Assembly: GCA_016722515.1 (NCBI GenBank)
Contig: JADKJE010000001.1
Coordinates: 452,189-516,188, forward strand
Direction: 5' to 3'
DNA length: 64,000 bases
Origin: Alphaproteobacteria bacterium
Lineage (GTDB): Bacteria; Pseudomonadota; Alphaproteobacteria; Rickettsiales; JADKJE01
Both the position numbers and the translations under genes were made by a program. The notes under the pieces were generated by a model. The model was not told where the DNA came from, ran no database searches, and was given only the letters and a program-made list of their open reading frames with translations. Position 1 is the stretch's first letter, and each line of letters opens with the position of its first letter. Below, one piece after another: positions 20,109-30,837 of this stretch.

Positions 20109-21578
20109 TTAGATAGCTCCTTCCTTGGGCTCAATAGCAATAGCGACACTATTGGGAACGGCCGAAGATGCAGGTGTCATAGTCAACGGAACCGATGCTG
20201 AAGCTGCTGGAGCCGGAGTTTTAGACACTTGTGCCTGAGGCTTAGATTGCTCTTCAGGCTTTTTGGGCTGTACCTGAACCGGGGCAGCTGCTTTTGGTTT
20301 TTCACCAGGTTTAGCCGATGAATCCTTCGCAGGAGGCGCAGTTGTTGTTGTCGCAGGAGTAGATTGAGGTGTCTCAGGCGTTGTCTTACCAAATACTTCT
20401 TCAAAAATAGTGATGGTCTGTGGAATAGTTTTGCCATTAATCACCGTTTGCTTCATCGGCTCGCGTTTGATTTCAAGTGATAAATCCACGCCAGAAATGG
20501 GCTGACCATCGGTACTCACCAGGCGGCGTGCTAGCAAATCATATTTCGCCAGCTCTTCGGCGTTAACCGTCACTGGTTGTATCTGACCATTAGCATCTTT
20601 ATTTTCACCTGCAAATGTACGAACCATCGCCAGATTATCTCCAGCAATTTCAATCAACAAAGGAAAGTTTTTAACGTTGATATTAAATTGTCCAACAGGA
20701 AATAATTCATTAGCAACCGTACGCACACTTCCATTGATATTTAAATTTAAGTTTGCCGATTCCAGGGCTATTTTATTCACATCAATGGTAATCAGCGGAA
20801 TCCCTTTCACTTTACTAAATTCGGCAGGAAGAGTCGATTTAACATCAACTTCCAGCGTATTAGGTCCTGTTTTAGAAAGGGTATGGAAATACGATCTCAA
20901 TAAGGCGGGCACCATTTCTTCTTTCATCGCCGTATTGATATAGGTAGGACCAGAATTTACAGCCAATGCCAGATTAATCTGATTATCTTTTTCATCGGAT
21001 GCAGTTAAATGTAAATTTGTTGGTCCTTGAGTAAAGATAACACCCTCATGACCTTTAACCTGGATTGAATTTCCTTTATCCTGAAATAAGATATCCTGAG
21101 GATAGTTTTTGCCCCACACCACGCTTACTTGTGGTTTATCTTCAAATAGCTTAACAAGCTCAAGTACCGTTTCCTTTTTCCCATCAGCATTTGTTTTCAC
21201 ATAGGCAACATTGGCCTCTTTGGAGAATTCAAGGCTGAATGATTTGGGCTTGAAAATTGATGTACTCGATCTTACTTCAGAAAATTCCGAATTGATTTCG
21301 TATCCTAACGTCGGCAGATGAATGACCGGCTTATCAAAAACAAGCGTGACATAAAAAGGGTAACCTCTTAAAGACACGTTGCCATACGTAATCAAGGGCT
21401 GCTTTTGTCCACCTTTGCCACTTGGCAATAAAATCTGTGCCAACATCTGTTCTGTATTTTTACGGACATCAACTGCTTTTTGGTACCAAAACACCGAATA
21501 ACCCGCTAAAGCCGCGATCCCAAGTACAGCTACCCCAATCCCAACATATTTCCGAACGCATTTTTTTTTCTTGGTCAT
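20109..21578 (-). CDS. Hypothetical membrane-anchored protein with a Pro/Ala/Lys-rich C-terminus
   Basis: 489-aa ORF with a single N-terminal TM (VGIGVAVLGIAALAGYSVFWY). The C-terminal roughly 90 aa are low-complexity (TPETPQSTPATTTTAPPAKD...PKKPEEQSKPQ). Confidence 0.6.
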   Translation of the reverse strand: MTKKKKCVRKYVGIGVAVLGIAALAGYSVFWYQKAVDVRKNTEQMLAQILLPSGKGGQKQPLITYGNVSLRGYPFYVTLVFDKPVIHLPTLGYEINSEFSEVRSSTSIFKPKSFSLEFSKEANVAYVKTNADGKKETVLELVKLFEDKPQVSVVWGKNYPQDILFQDKGNSIQVKGHEGVIFTQGPTNLHLTASDEKDNQINLALAVNSGPTYINTAMKEEMVPALLRSYFHTLSKTGPNTLEVDVKSTLPAEFSKVKGIPLITIDVNKIALESANLNLNINGSVRTVANELFPVGQFNINVKNFPLLIEIAGDNLAMVRTFAGENKDANGQIQPVTVNAEELAKYDLLARRLVSTDGQPISGVDLSLEIKREPMKQTVINGKTIPQTITIFEEVFGKTTPETPQSTPATTTTAPPAKDSSAKPGEKPKAAAPVQVQPKKPEEQSKPQAQVSKTPAPAASASVPLTMTPASSAVPNSVAIAIEPKEGAI

Positions 21579-21611
21579 ACGATTACTCCGCTACCTATAG
21601 TATTTTTATAT

Positions 21612-21956
21612 TTATTCCTCTTTGTTTCCCACCATCATATTGCGTGTCGCCGAGGGTAAGAAAACTTTCATTCCATCAAGTGCATCAGTCAAACGAATTT
21701 GACACCCTAGTCTAGAAGTATGAGTCAACCCAAACGCGAGGTCAAGCATATCTTCTTCTTCGTCTGATGCGGTATCTAATTTATCATACCATTTTTCATC
21801 AACCACAACGTGGCAAGTAGAGCATGCCAGCGAGCCTTCACACGCACCTTCCAAATCGATATGGTGTTGATGTGCTACTTCTAAAACAGAGAGCCCAACT
21901 GGAGCATCAATGGTTTTTTCTATTCCGTCTTTAAGGACAAAGGTAATTCTGGGCAT
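21612..21956 (-). CDS. fdx: 2Fe-2S ferredoxin, adrenodoxin/ISC type
   Basis: 114-aa ORF with the cluster ligands [12 protein letters not shown]...SRLGCQ. Confidence 0.9.
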   Translation of the reverse strand: MPRITFVLKDGIEKTIDAPVGLSVLEVAHQHHIDLEGACEGSLACSTCHVVVDEKWYDKLDTASDEEEDMLDLAFGLTHTSRLGCQIRLTDALDGMKVFLPSATRNMMVGNKEE

Positions 21957-22328
21957 AATAACTCCTTGATCATATGTAAACCGGCACTATATCACGGAGG
22001 GTGGTTACAGACAAGTCGCGATATAAGAGCCCTCACCTTCCCGCATCCCTACAAGCCACTTGGAGCAGCTGCTACCCATCGACATTAGCCGATTTGAACT
22101 TCATCTGCCATTTATTGATCGCCCATCTGAAGGGCGCATAGCCCATAGCCCCTAACCATGATCGGGTCGGCAACCCAATCCAAGCGGGCTGAGGATGGCA
22201 GAATTATGCAGTGGCACAGGCGCAGAATAATCCGGATAGATCACTCTGTTGCACAGCCATATACAGACCACTCAACCACTAAGCATGATGCTTCACTTTG
22301 CCATACTATTCTGTCAAACAAAACCTGA

Positions 22329-25300
22329 TCATCCACCCCTCCCTCTGTCTGCTACGTTAGATTTGCTTAAAAGAAGTTGTTCGAGATAACTTCCAGGTTT
22401 AACGTAGTCTATTGCCCTGTTTCCACGGACATCATATTGGCCTATAGCCAGGTCATCATTCTTTGATTCAAGGAGTAATTGAGCGATACGATCATTTCCC
22501 TTTTTTAAAGCACGTATAAGCGGAGTTTTGTTACCTATGGATGTACAAGTATTTAAACGAGCCCCCTTAGCAAGCAACTGCTCACATAAGTCAAAATCTT
22601 CTATTTTGATGGCATAATCCATGGCGGTATAACCTCCAGAATCTTGCAAATTGATGCCGATATCCCCTTTTTGTCCCAGAATTAACATAGCTACCTTAGG
22701 TCGACCATACTTAATTGCCCTCATAAGTGGGCTTTCTCTGCTACCATTTATGATGCTTAAATTAGCTCCTGCGTTTACCAATGAATTGATTATGTCATAA
22801 TTATTTTGCAATACAGCCCAGTTGACGGCCGTATTACCCTCGAAATCTCGCAGATCTAACCCAATATCTTTATTTAAATTTTTAGCATTTATTAAACAAT
22901 TAACGACACCAGCATGTTGCGCGATAACCGCACGCATTAATGGAGTAAAACCTTCGCTATCGATATCAGCTAGTTGCGCTCCCTTGTAAATTAATGATCC
23001 CATTATTGCAGGGTTCTTGGAATATCTAGCTGCGTAATGAACAGCCCTATCTCCCACTGAATCTCGTTCTTCTAGATCATATCCTAATTCAATTAATGTT
23101 TGTGCAGCATTATCACAGCTATGCATACATGCTACCATCAGAGGAGTCATACCATAACTTTCTAAAATTTTATTTAAATTTATGTCTAAGAGTCCAGTTT
23201 CTTTTAATATATTATATTCCTTTATTAGATGAGCATTATTTTCGAATACAGCTAAATAAGCAGCAGCTTCATAATGTCCATACGAAAGCGCCAAACCTGA
23301 GGGCGTTGTATCTTGACCATTTTTAGTCGCCATATTAGCTCCTGCGTTTGCAAGCCTTTGAAGAACCGAGTTACGATTATTCATTGCTGCGTAATGAACG
23401 GCCGTATTTCCCCATGAATCCTTCTCGTCTAGATCACATCCTAGTTTAATTAATTTTCGTGCAATTTTATTACGGTTATATTTACATGCGACTATCAGAG
23501 GAGTCATACCACAACCTTCAAGTCTCCTATTTATATTGAAATTTATTGGCCTATTTCTACAAAGATTAATTGCTTTTATATCTTCTGCGACTACCGCCAA
23601 ATAAACAGCAGCTTCATAATGTCCTCGCATCTGTGCCAGGCATAAAGGTGTTTTACCCGCAACATTTTGAATCTGCGCATCAGCACCAGCAGCAACAAGC
23701 ATATCGATTATGTTGCACCGATTAAAAAATGCAGCATAATGCAAGGCGGTATAGCCCAATTTAGCTTTTGCATTAACTGCTAAATCTCTATGCTCCAGAA
23801 GGATTTCAACGGCATTAAAACAGCTATTAATACATGCGACTATAAGTGGCGAATATCCATCCTCACTCAACTGATAATTTACATCAGCATTTGCTTGTAT
23901 TACCAGATTAACTACATCGCGATTATCGGTTGAAACAGCAAAAAATATAGGTGTGAAACCACCAATCAAGGCATTTACTCCTATTTCCTTTTTGGAATTA
24001 ACAAGACAACGGATCATTCCAATATTTTTACTTTGTATTGCTGCAATTAATGGCGTACTGTTACTTAAGTTGCTTGGTACATCAAGAGGTATATCATGCG
24101 TTATCAATACGTCCATTATATCTATTTTATTTTGCTGGATTGTCAGCGTGAGGCCTTGATGGACAATAAAATCTATTATATGACTAGTTTTTTCGTTGTT
24201 TGCATTCTTGATTGATTGAATCGTATTAGAAAGCAATACACATTGATTTTTGTCAATCAGGTACTTGATAAGCAGTTTAATGAGAGGCTCTTGCAGTGTG
24301 AACTGATTGTCAGACAAAAGTGCCACGATAAAGGCGTTTTGAGAATCGCCTGCCAATTGTTCTAATGTTTTAAAAGAATGATATTTAGAGATTTCAAGGG
24401 CCATGGCATCTGCTGCCATGTGCCAGTACTCTGGTGAGCTATCACTCAGAGTTTGCAATAAGGCTGATTCTGGTTTTTCAAGACAATGGAGATGCAATGC
24501 CAACATAAGCGGTTGGGTTTTTATCCACGATGTTCCCGTTTTTGGATCATAGCCAATAGTGGCATGTTTCTGTGAATTTAAAATAACGTTTTTCAATATG
24601 GAATGCCGATCAGATTCGTTTAGTTTGTTAAAGAATTCTATGAGAATAGCAGCCTCTTTTGATTGAAGAAACATGCCCTTACTTATACCCTCTTGTATTC
24701 TTAAGATGGCCTCATTACACAAACGTTCGAAATGAGTGTTGATATCGGTAACACCCTCAAGAGATGTATATAATACTTGATGCAAATCCATTAAGGGAGT
24801 GAGCCTTCCTATAAAATTATCAAGTATGTCGCTTAGCGGCATAAATGGGGTTTTGCTGTGCCTAGGGTCTGCCAGTTTACAGCAATATTCTTGCCAGCGC
24901 TGCTTAACATTATCTTCAGGCGCAATGTTGTCCTTGCCAAGGACGAGGTACGCTTGCATATCTGGCGTGCAGTAGGTTTCCATTTCTCTACTGAAGGATG
25001 CTATAGCTTTGGTGGTCATCGTCTCATAAAGATTTTGAGCTCCTACTTCACTTTGTTCTCCCTCGATTGACTTATAGACATAATCGAGGATCTGTAATTG
25101 TTGTTCATACGAACATAGCCAGAATTGGTTAATAAGAGCCCGTTTGACTCCTTCACGTAATGGCTCTTCCAGTTGGTCTTTGCTAGAAGCAATGAAAATC
25201 AAGGGAGAGCACTTGATATTGAGGGAAGCAAAGAAGTTATTAAATTGGCCTGAAGCGCAATATCCTCTTTTTTCCCTTATGCCAGCAGCAAGTAATTCCA

Positions 25301-26030
25301 AGCGGGAATGAATGATCTGATGACGATAGGTTTCGGCAGGTTGTTCAGCATTTTCAAGGGCATTAATCAGCTCAATATCACAAGCTGAACGATACATGGG
25401 GTCATACACCAGCGATAAGATTAAAGCCAGTCCTTCATGCAATTTCATTTGGTAATGTACGAGGAATTCCTGATTTAAATGCTCAGGATCACTATATGCT
25501 TCGACCATGTCAGCAATATCTGGTGCGTAATCTTTTACCCATAGTTTAAAATTACCAAATAGAACCTGGCTATTATTAATATATTCAGGGTATAGCACAT
25601 TGAGTTTTGAAATCGATCGTTGAACACATAATGTCGTTATGGGATCATGGGTGTCTTGAATAATATTTCCTCCGCTCCTAACGTTATACTGAAGAAGTAA
25701 TGTTTCAAGCGGTTGGTTATTTGCCTCCTTTGCGAAATCAAGTGCAGACCAGTACTGAATCGTGTCATCCAAGTCTTTATGTCGCAAAACAATTTCTTTA
25801 TTAAACGTAAGTTCCTGCGCTTTTAGCTTTTCAAGGAAATACCGAACCAGATCAACGTTGCCGCTTTTAACACAATGGATGAAATACGGGGCAGATAGGT
25901 TGTCATGCGTCACGAATTGATTGAGGTTATACGTCCTATTGTTCAGCTCTTCTTTGACCGCATCCAATGGCTTCACTGCATCTGTGTTACGAGATGGATT
26001 ACTGTAAATGATCTCAATAAGTAATGGCAT
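22329..26030 (-). CDS. Ankyrin-repeat protein (1233 aa), effector-like
   Basis: The C-terminal roughly 600 aa are a run of ANK repeats (repeated G.TPL..A......V..LL..GA). The N-terminal roughly 630 aa have no motif I recognise. The gene is AT-rich relative to its flanks. Confidence 0.88.
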   Translation of the reverse strand: MPLLIEIIYSNPSRNTDAVKPLDAVKEELNNRTYNLNQFVTHDNLSAPYFIHCVKSGNVDLVRYFLEKLKAQELTFNKEIVLRHKDLDDTIQYWSALDFAKEANNQPLETLLLQYNVRSGGNIIQDTHDPITTLCVQRSISKLNVLYPEYINNSQVLFGNFKLWVKDYAPDIADMVEAYSDPEHLNQEFLVHYQMKLHEGLALILSLVYDPMYRSACDIELINALENAEQPAETYRHQIIHSRLELLAAGIREKRGYCASGQFNNFFASLNIKCSPLIFIASSKDQLEEPLREGVKRALINQFWLCSYEQQLQILDYVYKSIEGEQSEVGAQNLYETMTTKAIASFSREMETYCTPDMQAYLVLGKDNIAPEDNVKQRWQEYCCKLADPRHSKTPFMPLSDILDNFIGRLTPLMDLHQVLYTSLEGVTDINTHFERLCNEAILRIQEGISKGMFLQSKEAAILIEFFNKLNESDRHSILKNVILNSQKHATIGYDPKTGTSWIKTQPLMLALHLHCLEKPESALLQTLSDSSPEYWHMAADAMALEISKYHSFKTLEQLAGDSQNAFIVALLSDNQFTLQEPLIKLLIKYLIDKNQCVLLSNTIQSIKNANNEKTSHIIDFIVHQGLTLTIQQNKIDIMDVLITHDIPLDVPSNLSNSTPLIAAIQSKNIGMIRCLVNSKKEIGVNALIGGFTPIFFAVSTDNRDVVNLVIQANADVNYQLSEDGYSPLIVACINSCFNAVEILLEHRDLAVNAKAKLGYTALHYAAFFNRCNIIDMLVAAGADAQIQNVAGKTPLCLAQMRGHYEAAVYLAVVAEDIKAINLCRNRPINFNINRRLEGCGMTPLIVACKYNRNKIARKLIKLGCDLDEKDSWGNTAVHYAAMNNRNSVLQRLANAGANMATKNGQDTTPSGLALSYGHYEAAAYLAVFENNAHLIKEYNILKETGLLDINLNKILESYGMTPLMVACMHSCDNAAQTLIELGYDLEERDSVGDRAVHYAARYSKNPAIMGSLIYKGAQLADIDSEGFTPLMRAVIAQHAGVVNCLINAKNLNKDIGLDLRDFEGNTAVNWAVLQNNYDIINSLVNAGANLSIINGSRESPLMRAIKYGRPKVAMLILGQKGDIGINLQDSGGYTAMDYAIKIEDFDLCEQLLAKGARLNTCTSIGNKTPLIRALKKGNDRIAQLLLESKNDDLAIGQYDVRGNRAIDYVKPGSYLEQLLLSKSNVADRGRGG

Positions 26031-26328
26031 AACAGAGCTTCCTTTATCTACTCAAAATAAATTATGCCATCAATTTTAGTGTTTTTATTCTAATTGTAAA
26101 TAAAAAATAATATTTTATTATGAATTAACTTGAAGAATCCCCAGAACCTGATGGAAAATCCAAAGGCCGCTGTAAGCACTCGTGCCCAACAAGCAATACA
26201 TTGATCTATCATGATTATTCTGCGTCACCACACCATGACATCGTCCTCAGCCCGCTCGGTCCTAGAACCCAGCAGGGGTATATTAGGTGCTTATGGCTCT
26301 TGCTTTAGTTTTAACTGTTTTGCTAGAC

Positions 26329-28167
26329 TTAAGCAGGGTGTGTCCCACCAACCAATTGCTCAACTAACGCTTTTAATGCATTTTTTGTTTGCACAATCAG
26401 ATCACGATTTTCGCTTTCCAAGGTTTGTTGAAGGCATTGTCTATATTCTTCAACGTGTTCATACTGCTGAACTGATAAACGGTTCTTTAATAATCCAAGC
26501 CATTGTTCTACTTCATCAATGGTCTGCCTGGCCTCAAGCCTTGATTCAATCAGCAATCGCTGCCGATGGTCCTGCTCATTGTGAGCAAATGACTCTTTCA
26601 AAATGGCAATGATTTCCTGTTCAGTCAGACCATACGTTGGCTTCACTTCTACCACTTGTTCAATCCCTGTCATTTCTTCCCTGGCGCGAACCGTCAGCAA
26701 CGCATCGGCATCTACCTGGAATGAAATCGTTACCCTGGCTTTTCCGGCGTGCATCGGCGGAATGCCCCGTAAGGTGAATTCGGCAAGTGACCTGCAATTG
26801 GCAGCTTTTTCCCGTTCACCTTGGACCACTTTAATTTTAAGAGTGGACTGGCCATCCTGATAGGTAGTAAATACCTGCGATTTTGATGCAGGTATCGGGC
26901 TATTGCGAAAAATAAGTTTTTCGACGAGTCCTCCCATGGTTTCTATCCCCAGGGATAGTGGCAATACATCCAGTAACAGAGTTGAACCACCTACCGTTAA
27001 TGCGTGCGCTTGAATGGCCGCGCCAAATGCTACCACCTGCTCAGGATGCAAACTGGATAAAGGTTCTTGGGCAAACATCCGCGATACACTCTCCCTAACA
27101 AGGGGAACATAGGTAGATCCACCCACGAGTACGACACGATGGATATCACTTATATCCAATTCCTGCTCAATCAATACCACCCGCACAAGATGCAGTGTTT
27201 TCTCAACCAGCGGCGCAATGAGCCTTTCAAATAATGCCTTGCTGAGAACAACCTCATACGATTGCCCGGCATAATTAAATTGCACAACCGTATCTACATG
27301 GTGCGAAAGTTGCTCTTTAGCATCACGGGCAATGGCCATCAGATAGCGGATAGTTTCATCAGACGGAACGTGACTTACATGAATGGATTGAAGCAAATAT
27401 TCAACAATCTGGTGATCAAAATCATCGCCACCCAACACCGTATCCCCAGCCGTGGCAATCACTTTAAATACGCCTTTTTGCAAGTGGAGCAGGGAAAAAT
27501 CAAACGTACCCCCACCTAAATCATACACCGCATAAAGCCCCTCTTCCTGCTGGTCTAAACCATAAGCAACAGCAGCGGACGTAGGCTCACTAAGCAACCT
27601 CAACACCTCAATTCCGGCCAAGCGGGCAGCATCTTTTGTAGCCACACGTGCCGCATCATCAAAATAAGCCGGCACCGTAATAACGGCCTGCGTCACTTCA
27701 TGGCCTAAATGTTTTTCAGCCCGCTCTTTGAGACTAGCCAAAATCACCGACGACACTTCAATCGGCGTTACTTTTTTATCGCCAACCTGAAGCCTCACCA
27801 CCGACTCTTTCGTATGCGAATCGTCTTCATCTATTTTATAAGGCAAATGGCCGCCAATAGCGGGGATATCTTTAATACCCTTTCCCATTAAGCGCTTAAT
27901 GGAGGCAACAACATGGCTCTTACGGTGATAAAGTTGTTCTTTTGCTTCATAGCCAACATGAGGGATATTGGCATGTTCATACGATACGACCGAAGGTAAC
28001 GTCACACGACCTTGATCATCGGCAATAGCAACCGGGTTACCTTGAGAATCAACGTAAGCAACCAACGAGTGGGTCGTGCCAAGATCTATCCCGACCGCGT
28101 TTAGAGGCCGTGCAGACTCGTGATTGAGTAACGTTGTTTTAGGTTCCTGAATCTGTATGGGCTGCAT
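26329..28167 (-). CDS. hscA: Fe-S cluster assembly chaperone HscA (Hsp70 family)
   Basis: 612-aa ORF with [20 protein letters not shown] and [11 protein letters not shown]sp70 signatures. It lies downstream of hscB. Confidence 0.92.
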   Translation of the reverse strand: MQPIQIQEPKTTLLNHESARPLNAVGIDLGTTHSLVAYVDSQGNPVAIADDQGRVTLPSVVSYEHANIPHVGYEAKEQLYHRKSHVVASIKRLMGKGIKDIPAIGGHLPYKIDEDDSHTKESVVRLQVGDKKVTPIEVSSVILASLKERAEKHLGHEVTQAVITVPAYFDDAARVATKDAARLAGIEVLRLLSEPTSAAVAYGLDQQEEGLYAVYDLGGGTFDFSLLHLQKGVFKVIATAGDTVLGGDDFDHQIVEYLLQSIHVSHVPSDETIRYLMAIARDAKEQLSHHVDTVVQFNYAGQSYEVVLSKALFERLIAPLVEKTLHLVRVVLIEQELDISDIHRVVLVGGSTYVPLVRESVSRMFAQEPLSSLHPEQVVAFGAAIQAHALTVGGSTLLLDVLPLSLGIETMGGLVEKLIFRNSPIPASKSQVFTTYQDGQSTLKIKVVQGEREKAANCRSLAEFTLRGIPPMHAGKARVTISFQVDADALLTVRAREEMTGIEQVVEVKPTYGLTEQEIIAILKESFAHNEQDHRQRLLIESRLEARQTIDEVEQWLGLLKNRLSVQQYEHVEEYRQCLQQTLESENRDLIVQTKNALKALVEQLVGGTHPA

Positions 28168-28175
28168 GATTTCCC

Positions 28176-28817
28176 CTATGACATGTGTTTTATCAATTGC
28201 TGCCTGGCATCCTTGACAATCTTACTGATATATTGAAGCGTAAGAGTCTCCTTGGCTGCTTCAGCCCAGTTTTTACTGGAGAATGCGTCGTGTAATGCCT
28301 GTTCTAATTTTTTTTCTTTCTGTTTTAAATCAATGATTAATTGATTGAGGCCTGCAAAATCCTTTGCTTCTGCAACGGCTTCCCGTAATTCCATGACTTC
28401 CATTAATAACGCCGGATTTTTGCTGATTGCCAATTCATCATTATCCATCCATACGCCAAAACGATTCAGTAAATGGATCGCACGTTTGATGGGAGAAGAA
28501 AGGATGAAATAAGCATCATTGACATGCGTAATGTAATCAAGCGAACGCTCTTTATCAGAGGCGGAGCGGTTAGCAAATTGGTCGGGATGAACTCGCTGCT
28601 GAATCTCTAGATAATGTTTTTCAAGGACCTGACTATCAACATCAAAGGTTTCAGGAACATCTAATAATTCAAAATAAGAACAAGCCTGCGGATCGATAAA
28701 GATCTTGCACTGTGAACATTGAGCTGCCTCTGCTGTCAAGGATCTTCGACAATTCCAACAGATTTCTTGCTGATTAAACACTGAATGATTCACCACAACC
28801 GCACCTCGCCTTTTCAT
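28176..28817 (-). CDS. hscB: Fe-S co-chaperone HscB with an N-terminal tetracysteine extension
   Basis: It has the J-domain YFELL...[10 protein letters not shown] and a C-terminal helical domain. The N-terminus carries CWNC-x10-CSQC. The start is uncertain: ATG 28817 or a GTG a few codons in, overlapping the end of iscA. Confidence 0.85.
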   Translation of the reverse strand: MKRRGAVVVNHSVFNQQEICWNCRRSLTAEAAQCSQCKIFIDPQACSYFELLDVPETFDVDSQVLEKHYLEIQQRVHPDQFANRSASDKERSLDYITHVNDAYFILSSPIKRAIHLLNRFGVWMDNDELAISKNPALLMEVMELREAVAEAKDFAGLNQLIIDLKQKEKKLEQALHDAFSSKNWAEAAKETLTLQYISKIVKDARQQLIKHMS

Positions 28818-29124
28818 TAGGATTTTTAAAGGTAAAGCCCGACTTCATTTGCTCTTCAACATAATCCATCTGCGTGCCAATTAAATACATAACAGCCTTG
28901 GGATCTATCAATACATGGATCGCACTTTCTTCATTAGAAAACTGGTAGGTTACCTCTTCATCAAACGATTGTTTTTCGTCAACAAATTCTAATTTATAAC
29001 TAAGTCCAGAACAGCCACCCTTATCCACGCCAACACGTACCCCATAGGTAGGTTTGCCGCGTGAATCAATCAGGTTTTGCACCTGTTTGGCTGCCGCTTC
29101 GGTGATAGTCATGATTTGCCGCAT
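28774..29124 (-). CDS. iscA: Iron-sulfur cluster insertion/assembly protein IscA
   Basis: 116-aa ORF with GGCSGLSY and C-terminal CGCGESF ligands. Confidence 0.9.
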   Translation of the reverse strand: MRQIMTITEAAAKQVQNLIDSRGKPTYGVRVGVDKGGCSGLSYKLEFVDEKQSFDEEVTYQFSNEESAIHVLIDPKAVMYLIGTQMDYVEEQMKSGFTFKNPNEKARCGCGESFSV

Positions 29125-29126
29125 GG

Positions 29127-29510
29127 TTACGCATCCTGTTTATTTTTGAAATCCTGTAACGCAGCTTTGACCGCGTCTTCCGCCAGCATTGAACAATGGA
29201 TCTTTACCGGTGGCAAATCAAGCGCTTCAACAATATCGGTATTTTTCAATTGTGAAGCCTGTTCAATGGTTTTGCCTTTGATCATTTCGGTTGCCAGTGA
29301 ACTGGACGCGATTGCCGAACCACAACCAAATGTTTTAAATTTGGCATCCGTAATAATACCATTATTATCGACTTCAATTTGCAGCTTCATCACATCGCCA
29401 CAAGCAGGTGCTCCAACTAAGCCGGTGCCAACATTCTTCTGTGTTTTATCAAGTGATCCCACATTTCTGGGATGTTCGTAATGATCTTCAAGTGCTTTAC
29501 TGTAGGCCAT
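29127..29510 (-). CDS. iscU: Fe-S cluster scaffold IscU
   Basis: 127-aa ORF with GAPACGDVMKLQI, FKTFGCGSAIASSS and LPPVKIHCSMLAEDA. Confidence 0.93.
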   Translation of the reverse strand: MAYSKALEDHYEHPRNVGSLDKTQKNVGTGLVGAPACGDVMKLQIEVDNNGIITDAKFKTFGCGSAIASSSLATEMIKGKTIEQASQLKNTDIVEALDLPPVKIHCSMLAEDAVKAALQDFKNKQDA

Positions 29511-29562
29511 GTGTGTCTCCTTAATGCTTGTTTTTAGTTTTTAGATTCCAGTCTTATCTTTC

Positions 29563-30822
29563 CTAATGGGCAGCCCATTCAATTTTACTGAGATCAATAC
29601 CTTCTTGAACCATTTCCCACAACGGACTCAGTTCACGCAGCCTCTCAACCGAACCACGCACCACTTTAATCGCATAATCAATTTGTTCCTCCGTGGTAAA
29701 ACGTCCCAAGCCAAATCGAATCGATGTATGCGCCATTTCATCACTTAAGCCAAGAGCCCTTAGCACATAAGATGGCTCAAGACTGGCTGAAGTGCAAGCA
29801 GAACCAGATGAAACGGCCAGATCTTTAATGGCCATAATCATTGACTCACCTTCTATATAGGCAAAACTAAGATTTAGGTTGCCAGGTATGCGTTGTGTTA
29901 AGTCGCCATTAGCAAACACATCTGGAATATGGTCAACGATGCCGTGATACAGTTTCATCTGTAATTGATACAGGCGAGCCGCTTCCATGGTCATCTCTTC
30001 TTTAGCAATGCGCGCGGCCTCTCCAAATCCCACAATCAAAGGCGTAGGCAAGGTTCCCGAACGCATGCCGCGTTCTTGGCCGCCACCATTAATAAGAGGT
30101 GTTAAGCGCACACGCGGGCGACGCCTTACATACAGAGCACCAATCCCTTTGGGTCCATACATTTTATGAGCAGAAATACTCATTAAATCAATGTTCATGG
30201 CCTCTACATCCAGCGGAATTTTGCCAAATGCCTGGGCTGCATCCGTATGGAAGAATACACCTTTCTCACGGCACAATGCACCAATGTCTTTCAAAGGCTG
30301 AATCACGCCAATTTCGTTATTCACTGCCATAATCGAAATCAACACTGTGTTTTCTTTAATAGCTGCTCGTAAGGCTTCCACGTTGATCAAACCATCTTTT
30401 TGTACCGGCAGATAGGTAACTTCAAATCCTTCCTGCTCTAAATGCCTACATGTATCAAGAACGCATTTATGTTCGGTGACTACCGTAATAATATGGTTCT
30501 TTTTGTCCCCATAAAAATGGGCAACGCCTTTAATTGCCAAATTATTGGATTCGGTAGCGCCTGAAGTAAAAATAATTTCTTTTTCATTAGCGCCAACTAC
30601 CGATGCCACGAATGTACGCGCTTGATCTTCCGCGGATTCAGCTTCCCACCCAAAAGCATGGCTACGTGAACCTGAATTACCAAATTTTTCTAAGAAGAAG
30701 GGTTTCATCGCTTCAAAAACACGCGGATCCATCGGCGTTGTTGCCTGATAATCCATATAAATGGGCAGTGACAACGACGACGCTCGATTGATGATCGCGG
30801 CTGAATCCTGGTTAACTGACAT
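29563..30822 (-). CDS. iscS: Cysteine desulfurase IscS
   Basis: 419-aa ORF with the PLP-Lys block [12 protein letters not shown], the active-site loop SSGSACTS and the C-terminal IscS tail. Confidence 0.92.
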   Translation of the reverse strand: MSVNQDSAAIINRASSLSLPIYMDYQATTPMDPRVFEAMKPFFLEKFGNSGSRSHAFGWEAESAEDQARTFVASVVGANEKEIIFTSGATESNNLAIKGVAHFYGDKKNHIITVVTEHKCVLDTCRHLEQEGFEVTYLPVQKDGLINVEALRAAIKENTVLISIMAVNNEIGVIQPLKDIGALCREKGVFFHTDAAQAFGKIPLDVEAMNIDLMSISAHKMYGPKGIGALYVRRRPRVRLTPLINGGGQERGMRSGTLPTPLIVGFGEAARIAKEEMTMEAARLYQLQMKLYHGIVDHIPDVFANGDLTQRIPGNLNLSFAYIEGESMIMAIKDLAVSSGSACTSASLEPSYVLRALGLSDEMAHTSIRFGLGRFTTEEQIDYAIKVVRGSVERLRELSPLWEMVQEGIDLSKIEWAAH

Positions 30823-30837
30823 ATATCCTCCTATGCT

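Noticed and set aside
21957-22328. GC-rich spacer tested by eye as tmRNA (including the two-piece alphaproteobacterial form), RNase P RNA, SRP RNA or a cobalamin riboswitch
   Set aside because: I could not find a T-arm GGTTCGA-type loop with a CCA-adjacent acceptor. An RNase P GGAAAGTCCGG box, the SRP domain IV motif and a B12 box were also absent. The region is reported as unexplained rather than as a named RNA.
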